DNA from: an uncultured Gammaproteobacteria bacterium
Lineage (GTDB): Bacteria > Patescibacteriota > Patescibacteriia > Magasanikbacterales > GCA-002688135
Direction of reading: 5' to 3'
DNA length: 30,141 bases
NCBI GenBank assembly: GCA_964450455.1
Contig: CAYVCS010000127.1
Coordinates: forward strand, 1-30,141
Position numbers and translations under genes: made by a program. The notes under the pieces are model-generated. The model worked only from the letters and a program-made list of their open reading frames with translations, was not told where the DNA came from and did not search any database. Below, one piece after another: positions 7,823 to 15,429 of the stretch; position 1 is the stretch's first letter; each line of letters begins with the position of its first letter.

Positions 7823-8565
7823 ATGTGTCGCGAAAGCGCGATTATGGTCGCTCTATTTTTCACATATTTATAAACAAGCAATAGAGTAAAAATACCTGCG
7901 TAAAAATATAGAAATATATCAACGCGATGTACAAGTACCGCAAAAAATAATAATGGCATCATTCCATTTACTGTTGAAACATTTCTGTATAATGAATAGA
8001 CGAATGTTTTTGGTGTTTCTGCTCCTTGTTTTTTCCAGCCATACGTAGTTCCTTTCACTTCATCAATATGTCGCATAACTGCCATTAAGCGAAATTCAGC
8101 CAAACGAAATGTTAATTTTGCGCATGTTGCTATCGCGCTTGCAAGAAGCGGAAATAATGTGGCAGATGCGAGAGTTGCGCCGATTCCTATGGGTAACAAC
8201 ATACATGCATATTGGATATCATGAGAAACTGGCTCAACATATACTCCACCAATATCATATTTTTTCATAACATTCCGAAAACGCGCTACTTCCCCATCAA
8301 CCGCATCAAGCCAATATGCTAACACCATCAACGCTAATCCATATAGTTGCATACGTGTTGTTTGGAATACAAAAAGCGAACAGCCAACAATAAACACAGA
8401 ACTCCCAAGTATCGTTATATGATTTGGAGTTAACGGCGTCTTGATAAAAAACCACGTCAAATAAATAGAAAAAAAACGGTTTGTTTTTCCCCATATAGTT
8501 TGTGACGCCTGCGACGGAGAATTTTTTGATGTTTGGCAAATTTTTCGCAATTCTGAAATTGTCAT
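7819..8565 (-). CDS. CDP-alcohol phosphatidyltransferase family protein
   Basis: TPNHIT, LDAVDGEVAR...GVYVEPVSHD, several TM helices. Start placed at the ATG at 8565 (MTISELRK) rather than the TTG at 8589; ATGA overlap with the HAD gene. Confidence 0.85.
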   Translation of the reverse strand: MTISELRKICQTSKNSPSQASQTIWGKTNRFFSIYLTWFFIKTPLTPNHITILGSSVFIVGCSLFVFQTTRMQLYGLALMVLAYWLDAVDGEVARFRNVMKKYDIGGVYVEPVSHDIQYACMLLPIGIGATLASATLFPLLASAIATCAKLTFRLAEFRLMAVMRHIDEVKGTTYGWKKQGAETPKTFVYSLYRNVSTVNGMMPLLFFAVLVHRVDIFLYFYAGIFTLLLVYKYVKNRATIIALSRHI

Positions 8566-8569
8566 ACGT

Positions 8570-9499
8570 TTAATGTAATGAGTGAACAATTCTATATAGC
8601 GTATCCCGCACAGATCTATAAAAAATATAGTATACGGTATACAGAAGATTAATTCTAGTGTTCGTCTGAAATGGAATTTCTTTGAGTTTACTTGTTTGAC
8701 GCACTGCTACAATCTGAATCCGTGTTGGTTTATTTTGATTATACAATATAGGTTTGAAACCAGCATAATGCAACGTCCAAAATAATGTTGCGGGAGAAAA
8801 ATTAATAGGATGCAACATATCAAAAAATTGTCCTACCGGTTTTTTGAAATCTATGACATTTGGTACTTCAATGTATATAACGCCGTCCTCGTGCAGATAG
8901 GTAGCAATAGTTGTGAGAATAGCAGTGGGATGAATAAAATGTTCAAGTACATGATGCAAAATAATAGCATGATACTGTTTTTTTGGTAATTCTGAATGAG
9001 AGAAAGTTTCAAAATCCATGGAATATACGCGTAGGCCATACTGTTTTCGCGCATATTCAGATTGTTCGTTTGACGGCTCTATCATTTCAGCTCTTACTCC
9101 TAATTGCTCTTTTAGATATGATGCTGTTGTCCCAAGTCCTCCGCCAATTTCAAGTGTACAATTTCCCTCGCGTACGAATGGACGCAGTGCATTCGCGATA
9201 GATATATTTTTTTGATCAGTATTTTTTTCAAATACGATTGCGTTATTTTTTGTGCCAACTTCTCCACGCTCTAACACATACATAGAATGATAAAACTTGC
9301 TGTACGAAAGAGCAGTTGGTCGAGGATTGATAAATACCAACGAACACGAATGACATATCACATTATTGACCGCGTACAAATCTCCATTCTTTTTAATAAT
9401 TCCTTCGCGAGCAATCGTAGTAAAAGAATCCTCTCCGCACAAAGGACAATACATCACATTCTCATATTCAAGATTTAAATGTGTTACGTTTTTTTTCAT
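8570..9499 (-). CDS. Class I SAM-dependent methyltransferase with N-terminal CxxC...CxxC
   Basis: CPLCG...CHSCSLVFINPRP, LEIGGGLG, HHVLEHFIHP, IYIEVPN. Confidence 0.9.
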   Translation of the reverse strand: MKKNVTHLNLEYENVMYCPLCGEDSFTTIAREGIIKKNGDLYAVNNVICHSCSLVFINPRPTALSYSKFYHSMYVLERGEVGTKNNAIVFEKNTDQKNISIANALRPFVREGNCTLEIGGGLGTTASYLKEQLGVRAEMIEPSNEQSEYARKQYGLRVYSMDFETFSHSELPKKQYHAIILHHVLEHFIHPTAILTTIATYLHEDGVIYIEVPNVIDFKKPVGQFFDMLHPINFSPATLFWTLHYAGFKPILYNQNKPTRIQIVAVRQTSKLKEIPFQTNTRINLLYTVYYIFYRSVRDTLYRIVHSLH

Positions 9500-9534
9500 A
9501 CGATTTAATTCAGAATTCTGATTTCACTACCTAT

Positions 9535-9653
9535 GACTGTAGAGAAATGCGATCTTCGGGCGCTTCGGTTTCAACCTCGTTCTACGTACTTTCGAGTACG
9601 TTTCACTTCGGTTCTCCCTCCAGCATCCCGAATCTCATCATTTCTCTACAGTC
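9535..9653. mobile_element. MITE-like non-autonomous element (119 bp)
   Basis: Perfect terminal inverted repeats GACTGTAGAGAAATG / CATTTCTCTACAGTC (15 bp, extendable to 16); flanking direct repeat ACTACCT-AT (9526-9534) / ACTACCTCAT (9654-9663); internal CTTCGG motifs and a CGTACT-TTCG-AGTACG hairpin; no coding capacity. Confidence 0.7.
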
Positions 9654-11563
9654 ACTACCTCATAAATTTGCACTCCTTCTGCATCATAAATTTTTTTAAT
9701 TCCTTTTAAATTTGAAACACCATACGATCCTAGTACTTTTTCGTAAGGTCCGTCGTACAAATAATCAACGTGATATTTTTGCAACAAATTTTCATTGCGT
9801 TCTATTTTTTTATATTCATCAAATAGATGTGACATCACCGCGCCAGAACTACCAAATGGCGTGCTGGATGCATATTCGTCGAGCGCATCACTTCTAAAAT
9901 AATTACCAAATAGTTGAAATCCAATTATATTTTCCGTGTATAGGGCATAGGAATCAGAACGACCACGTTGACCAGTTAAAGTATCATGTAATGTTGAATC
10001 AGCAATACTATATAATTTATTGATTGACAACCAGCGATCTATAATTTCTGAAAATGGAGCAGTTGACGAAAATGCTGAAGGGAGAACAGAGTATGAAGCT
10101 GTATAGACAGGAATTAAACCATTCATAACTGTAGAAGGAGTGCCGACGACACTACCTTTTGGAATATTTTTGTTCATAAACATGAGCGAGGAGCGAATTG
10201 AACGAGGCATTATGGAACGAGAGAAAAGTGCAGTGCCTTCACCATATTCAGCTTGAACTGACCTGAAGAGAATAACAGACGTTATACAAATCAATAAAAA
10301 ACTAACAAGAATTTTTACTTTTTGTTGAGAAACAACATGCCTAACGAAATATCGTAGAATAGTCACATATGCGAGTGACATACCAATATATATAGGTTCA
10401 AGCGAGGAGCTATAGAGAGGAAAATGAACGTCAAATATACGTTCCGCGTTCTTTATAATAAATCCAGAAAAAAGAAACGATACAATGAGCATGGCAAAGC
10501 GATGATGATTAGATTTTTTTCCCCACATAATAACTAATGCAATGAGCAGAGCAACTATCATGCCATATATCCAAAAATCATACAGAATTCCAGAAGATAT
10601 TGACGAGGGAAGGCGACGCCATAATTCTAGATTGTGTGGAAGTTTACTCAATGACCATATGTTGAGAAACAAGGGAATTGAGAAGACAAGAAAAAGTGGA
10701 ATCATTGCCATCAATGATTTTAATCCATCGGTATCGCGCATAATGAGCGACCACGCTACAAAAATTACAAGCGCTAATACCACATAGAGCGTAGCAGGAG
10801 GATAGATATACAGAAGTAATATAGAACAACCAGTAAAAATTCCAATCCATTTTTTGGTTTGTTGTTCGGTAAGTTTAAACAACGCATATACAGAACCTAT
10901 AAAAAGTGGCCACGCAGGAAATAGTGGGACTATCCCCTGTTTATCTAATAATAATTCTTTTGGATATTCTGCGGTAAAAAAAAGTGTTTTGAATAGCGCG
11001 CCAAGACCGATAACGTCATGAGGAATCAGATACAGTGCAAAATATGTTGCATTCGTAAATAAAAATGCAAATAGTATTGACCAAACAAACGATTGTATCA
11101 GCAGACGCGAAAGATGATATGAGAGAACAAACACCAAAATAGCAGATATAAATAATCCGCACACTAATTGAAAAGATAATGAACGAGTAATGAAAAATAA
11201 TGGAAACGAAAGAACTGGCGCAACCATATTCCACGAATATTGTAAACCATGTCCGAGCACTCTGCCATCACGTAAAAACCAATCCCCATCCACTACGTGA
11301 CGGAAAAATGGAGCGGAATTAATGAGATGTTCGGAATATAAAAATGAAAAAAAATCAATTGATACAGATTTTTGAACCTGTTGCATGCCGACAAAGATAT
11401 ACCGCACAATAAACAAAAATCCAGATATACTAGAGAATATTGCGATAAGTAGCGTCTCGCGACTACACGAAAAAGAAATTGAATGTTCTTTTTTGAATTG
11501 CTCAATAATTCGTTCTTTAGTTGAGCGAGAAACTGCATGGGGTGCGTTTGATTGTTCATCCAT
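9638..11563 (-). CDS. Polytopic membrane protein, GT-C-like glycosyltransferase
   Basis: About 12 hydrophobic segments plus a C-terminal soluble domain (...VGTPSTVMNGLIPVYT...YHVDYLYDGPYEK...GVQIYEV) paralogous to the C-terminal part of 15430-17991. Start moved to the ATG at 11563; the extension to 11662 runs through a repeat element. Confidence 0.65.
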   Translation of the reverse strand: MDEQSNAPHAVSRSTKERIIEQFKKEHSISFSCSRETLLIAIFSSISGFLFIVRYIFVGMQQVQKSVSIDFFSFLYSEHLINSAPFFRHVVDGDWFLRDGRVLGHGLQYSWNMVAPVLSFPLFFITRSLSFQLVCGLFISAILVFVLSYHLSRLLIQSFVWSILFAFLFTNATYFALYLIPHDVIGLGALFKTLFFTAEYPKELLLDKQGIVPLFPAWPLFIGSVYALFKLTEQQTKKWIGIFTGCSILLLYIYPPATLYVVLALVIFVAWSLIMRDTDGLKSLMAMIPLFLVFSIPLFLNIWSLSKLPHNLELWRRLPSSISSGILYDFWIYGMIVALLIALVIMWGKKSNHHRFAMLIVSFLFSGFIIKNAERIFDVHFPLYSSSLEPIYIGMSLAYVTILRYFVRHVVSQQKVKILVSFLLICITSVILFRSVQAEYGEGTALFSRSIMPRSIRSSLMFMNKNIPKGSVVGTPSTVMNGLIPVYTASYSVLPSAFSSTAPFSEIIDRWLSINKLYSIADSTLHDTLTGQRGRSDSYALYTENIIGFQLFGNYFRSDALDEYASSTPFGSSGAVMSHLFDEYKKIERNENLLQKYHVDYLYDGPYEKVLGSYGVSNLKGIKKIYDAEGVQIYEVVTVEK

Positions 11564-11600
11564 ATATAAGAATGTTTTATCATTAAACGTCAAATGAAGC

Positions 11601-11744
11601 CGTAGTGACAGAGTACTCCGAGGGGGTAGAGAACTCGTAGCACGTTCACTCCCAGCCAACACGTCATTTCGAGCCGAAGCGAGAAATCTCGTACACGTTC
11701 ATGTTCTCGAGATATCTACCCCTTCGGAGTACCATGTCACCACG
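11601..11744. repeat. REPIN-like composite palindrome with a central CGTC-tagged REP
   Basis: 30-bp arms 11601-11630 / 11715-11744 (4 mismatches; core GTACTCCGAGGGGGTAGA / TCTACCCCTTCGGAGTAC); central CGTCATTTCGAGCCGAAGCGAGAAATCT (11662-11689); internal direct repeat CTCGTA(G)CACGTTCA (11634-11648, 11688-11701). Confidence 0.7.
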
Positions 11745-11748
11745 ATTA

Positions 11749-11807
11749 GATATGACGTTGAAAGTGCGGTTTGATATGACGTTGAAAGTGCGGTTCGATA
11801 TGACGTT
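11749..11807 (+). repeat. 24-bp tandem repeat, about 2.5 copies
   Basis: GATATGACGTTGAAAGTGCGGTTY at 11749-11772 and 11773-11796, partial copy 11797-11807. Confidence 0.9.
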
Positions 11808-11819
11808 TAGATATATCAG

Positions 11820-12953
11820 TTAAGAACGTAATAAATTAATAATCTGTTGAGCTCGCTGTTCCCATGAATAGTTCAGTACAAATTCATATGCATGTTGAGG
11901 GCGAGAAAACGATGTATCGTTCATTGCCTCTTTAATTGCCTCCGCCAATGATGTTGGTTTGTCCGCTTCCGCAAAAAAAACTTTTTCTTCATCTACAATC
12001 TCACGAATACTTGGAATGTCGGTAACAACAACAGGTTTTTTTGTTGCCATATATTCAAACAATTTCAGTGGTGATGATTCATAATTTCCAATTGAAAATT
12101 GTGCAGATGTGGGCAAAACTAATACATCGGCACACGCGACATAGCGTAACATATCTTCTCTTTTTTTGAAACCACATAGTGTAACATTTGTGATGTGTTC
12201 ACGTGTCAGAAACTGACGCAGTACTACAACATCAGATTCTGTACCACCAATAAAAAGAAATTGCGTGGACTCGTCAAATAATTGAGCGCATCTCGCAAGC
12301 GAATACACACCTTTCCATGTATACAAATGTCCCGTATAGATAATATATTTTTTGTGTATATCTAATCCGAGTTGTTTCTTTGCGACGTCTTGAGACAACA
12401 ATTTAGAAAATACTTCACAATCAACTCCATGATGCGCTCTATGAATTTTTCGTGTTCTGCCAAATGTATTTTTAAGCAATTGTTCTTTAAAGTTATTGGT
12501 AACTACGACATACGGAAGTCCACGAATCATCATGGTATTCAACAGGGTCTTCGCTGGAGCATCGTGTATTTCATAACCAAAATGTGTAATGTATGGTCCT
12601 AACACAAACGAACTTATTGGGTCTCTTGAATATACTAAAGCCGACCTCATGGCAGGAATGTACGCTATAAGTCCAACGAGAAATGAGAATGCATGTAAGT
12701 AATACGCGATAGCGCGTGGAATATATTTGAAGGGAAATAAATCAATAGATCGTATTCTCGTAATTTTGAATGCGTTAGACGGGATTCCATAAAATTGAAA
12801 TGGATCTTCGGGATGATCAGTTTTGCGCATAGGAACTAACAGTTCAACATCCTCACCGTTGTTTGCAAACGCCAAACACATACGCATTATTTGCCACGAA
12901 TGTGCGCGTTCAGAGGGTAGTCGCATGTTAGCAATGTAAAATAGTTTTGACAT
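11820..12953 (-). CDS. Glycosyltransferase family 4
   Basis: N-terminal FYIANMRLPSERAHSWQIMRMC, YTGHLYTWKG, ESSPLKLFEYMA (EX7E), YSWEQRAQQI. Confidence 0.93.
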   Translation of the reverse strand: MSKLFYIANMRLPSERAHSWQIMRMCLAFANNGEDVELLVPMRKTDHPEDPFQFYGIPSNAFKITRIRSIDLFPFKYIPRAIAYYLHAFSFLVGLIAYIPAMRSALVYSRDPISSFVLGPYITHFGYEIHDAPAKTLLNTMMIRGLPYVVVTNNFKEQLLKNTFGRTRKIHRAHHGVDCEVFSKLLSQDVAKKQLGLDIHKKYIIYTGHLYTWKGVYSLARCAQLFDESTQFLFIGGTESDVVVLRQFLTREHITNVTLCGFKKREDMLRYVACADVLVLPTSAQFSIGNYESSPLKLFEYMATKKPVVVTDIPSIREIVDEEKVFFAEADKPTSLAEAIKEAMNDTSFSRPQHAYEFVLNYSWEQRAQQIINLLRS

Positions 12954-12974
12954 GAAAAAAAGCTGATTAGGAAT

Positions 12975-13607
12975 TTATATTCTCACTTTTTTTGAAAGAA
13001 TAAAAAAATGTTTTGTAGGAACATCTGCGGGAACAAAATGTTTTACGACAACAAATCCAGCGCGTTCAATTGCATGAATAAATCGTTTGAGCGAATATCC
13101 ACGCTTACCAATTTCCCAATAATGTTGACCATCAAACGTGTGAAATTTCCATGACGCTATTTTATAAAAAAAATCTTTCCATCCTACAGTTGGAATATGA
13201 AGTCCTGCTTTAAAAAGTGTTATTCGCGAATCAGGAACAGAAATAACCGCGCCATATTTCGCAACTCTATATATTTCTAAAAGTGCGCGCATAGTATTTT
13301 CATAGGGAAGATGTTCTAGAACTTGACTGCACAATACGACGTCATAAGAATTGCTAGCAGAGGGAATATCGGTTATTGAACCAACTAAATTCGGCTTCAA
13401 TTGTTCATCAATATCAAGTGTTGTGATTGCAATTCCCTGACGAGCAAGATAATTTCTAACCATATTATTTCCACATCCAATCTCAAGAACTGTTGTCGGC
13501 TTTAATGAACAAACGGATTGAATTTGATACCAATACGAAAGCCATCGCGCCTTGTGATCATAGTTGAGGTCGTAATGTTCTTTTGCAACTTGAATATCTG
13601 ATGACAT
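12975..13607 (-). CDS. Class I SAM-dependent methyltransferase
   Basis: VLEIGCGN, TLDID, YDVVLCSQVLEHLP, ISVPD. Confidence 0.9.
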   Translation of the reverse strand: MSSDIQVAKEHYDLNYDHKARWLSYWYQIQSVCSLKPTTVLEIGCGNNMVRNYLARQGIAITTLDIDEQLKPNLVGSITDIPSASNSYDVVLCSQVLEHLPYENTMRALLEIYRVAKYGAVISVPDSRITLFKAGLHIPTVGWKDFFYKIASWKFHTFDGQHYWEIGKRGYSLKRFIHAIERAGFVVVKHFVPADVPTKHFFILSKKVRI

Positions 13608-13615
13608 ATTTTTGG

Positions 13616-13668
13616 CGATTTTAGATTTATTTTACGATTTTAGATTTTAGATTGACGATTTTAGATTG
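13616..13668 (+). repeat. Family B heptamer repeat (TTTTAGA), single arm
   Basis: CGATTTTAGATT at 13616, 13635 and 13656; 13636-13658 is a 23/23 reverse-complement match to 18058-18080. Confidence 0.85.
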
Positions 13669-13679
13669 TGGAAAAAAAA

Positions 13680-14450
13680 TTAAATAAATTTATTTCCATT
13701 CTGGATAAATGCTTTGACATCTTGTTTTGATGGTAGGGAATAATATGATCCAAAATCAGGATTTTCCTCTTTCTTGCTTTCATTTCGTTCAAGAGTCGCG
13801 AGTACACTCCACAAATCCGTGGACATATCCCCATAAATCCTCTCATATGCGACAACCACGCTCTCAAAATGTTCATCATATTCTTTTTGAAATAAAATTT
13901 TTCCCTCATCAATCTTTGGGCTCATCAAATGATATGACACTCCAACCTTACGCTTTTTTTCTTTTAATGTCCAAAAAACTGGCAAAAGTCCTTTATAATG
14001 TGGTAAATATGCGCTATGTTTATTGATGAAACTGAATTTAGGAATGGATAATACATTTTTTTTTATAATAAATCCACACGTAGAAACAACAACATCAGCG
14101 CGATGCGCATTCAACAAATCTATCATCGCTTGAGTATGTGGCGACTCTAAACTATAGAATGTCGCGTTACTTTCTCTCGCTAATTCACGAAATGTGCGAG
14201 CGCCATTTTCCGAACTCAAAAAATTTTTGCATTGTTTCAGACATGAATACCACACAAGTTTACAAAAGGTTTTCAATCCAAAATGCGAAATATAATACCA
14301 ATAAATTTCACATCCTCGTAAACTTCCAAGTGTTGATGGAACAGTTACCATCGCCGAAATAGAATCTGATGATTTTTTTTGTTCAACAAATTTTTTCCAC
14401 ATCGGAAACAAAAATACAGTATCGTTTTCTGTTAAAATAACTATATTCAT
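13680..14450 (-). CDS. Formyltransferase-family protein (putative NDP-aminosugar N-formyltransferase)
   Basis: FINKHSAYLPHYKGLLPVFW, GVSYHLMSPKIDEGKILFQ (catalytic N/H/D retained); no Fmt C-terminal tRNA-binding domain. Confidence 0.85.
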   Translation of the reverse strand: MNIVILTENDTVFLFPMWKKFVEQKKSSDSISAMVTVPSTLGSLRGCEIYWYYISHFGLKTFCKLVWYSCLKQCKNFLSSENGARTFRELARESNATFYSLESPHTQAMIDLLNAHRADVVVSTCGFIIKKNVLSIPKFSFINKHSAYLPHYKGLLPVFWTLKEKKRKVGVSYHLMSPKIDEGKILFQKEYDEHFESVVVAYERIYGDMSTDLWSVLATLERNESKKEENPDFGSYYSLPSKQDVKAFIQNGNKFI

Positions 14451-15391
14451 ACAAGTTGCGTTTTAATAGTTGTCGCAATTTCATCAAGTCGTGCAAATGA
14501 ATGTTCTTTTGACAATTGTTCTATAATCCCGCGCATCAGAGCAATTTTTTTTGCGAGTGGTACATCCATTCGTTCAAATGGGGAAAATGAATTGCGATGA
14601 GTTTCAAGTATGTTGTGAGGAATATCAACTGATAAATCAGAAAGATCAGCAGGATGAGCAAGATAATAAAATCCAGCTTGCTCTGCGGCATACTTAACAA
14701 GAATATTAAACAAAAATTTTGGATAAAAAAATGCCATCGTGTGCCATACGGGTAAACGAAATATAGAGACAGTTGGCAAGGGTAACATGAGAATTCCCGT
14801 GTCATTGTGGGCATGCATATTTTCTGGCAAGGCAAGATATGGTTTACGATTTCCACATAAGGTAATTTTTTTGTCGTTACGGGAAAACATTCGTGTATCA
14901 AAATTACCATGAATACGAGAAATGAGCGCAAGTTTTGCTAACGCTCCATACAATATAGGACTTGGAAATGCTGACGTATCATATAGATAGTTCAAATCAA
15001 TAAGTGTTTGTAGAGTCGCGCGGCTTGTACTCCATGTTGGCGCAATATATCCACGTGGTTCAATTCCCGTAGTCATTGTAATCAATTCATGGGATCGTGT
15101 AATTTCGTCGCGCTGAAAATCATCAGACATTGCTCCCAAATTTTCATGATGCGTCCACGAATGATTTCCTATTTCATGTCCTTCACTTGACCAACTTTTT
15201 ACTCGCGCGGCAACTTCAGGATTTTCAAGGTCTCGCCCAATCATAAACAAAGTACATGAAATTCCGAATTCATTTGCAATTGCAAAAAAACGATCCGCAA
15301 TTTGAAAAAAAGATGGATCACGATGAAGTGTACGATCAATAGATAAAGGAAAATAAAGAGAATCAAAATTGATGTTCCATGCGATTTTCAT
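14447..15391 (-). CDS. NodB/CE4-type polysaccharide deacetylase (de-N-acylase)
   Basis: NFDS (TFDD-like), HEIGNHSWTH, GYIAPTW, YLYDTS, HPADL; ATGA overlap with the formyltransferase. Confidence 0.88.
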   Translation of the reverse strand: MKIAWNINFDSLYFPLSIDRTLHRDPSFFQIADRFFAIANEFGISCTLFMIGRDLENPEVAARVKSWSSEGHEIGNHSWTHHENLGAMSDDFQRDEITRSHELITMTTGIEPRGYIAPTWSTSRATLQTLIDLNYLYDTSAFPSPILYGALAKLALISRIHGNFDTRMFSRNDKKITLCGNRKPYLALPENMHAHNDTGILMLPLPTVSIFRLPVWHTMAFFYPKFLFNILVKYAAEQAGFYYLAHPADLSDLSVDIPHNILETHRNSFSPFERMDVPLAKKIALMRGIIEQLSKEHSFARLDEIATTIKTQLV

Positions 15392-15429
15392 AACAAAACT
15401 AGTATGACAAAATTAGTAATTTTGTACCG

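Noticed and set aside
9489-9496. Phase-variable homopolymer (A8 just after the methyltransferase ATG) and other A/T runs
   Set aside because: Runs of 7-8 A/T are common at this composition and all frames are intact; read-level indel data would be needed.
11564-11662. 33-aa N-terminal extension of the GT-C ORF given by the ORF track
   Set aside because: It starts at a non-ATG codon inside the REPIN-like palindrome; the ATG at 11563 is more plausible.
11749-11807. Mini-CRISPR (contains GTTGAAAG) or plasmid iterons
   Set aside because: The copies are directly adjacent with no spacers; there is no rep gene, DnaA-box cluster or AT-rich unwinding element nearby.
15407-15425. Hairpin ACAAAATT-AGT-AATTTTGT as a terminator
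   Set aside because: The stem is almost all A/T and weak, without a proper U-tract, and sits in a short gap between apparently co-transcribed genes.
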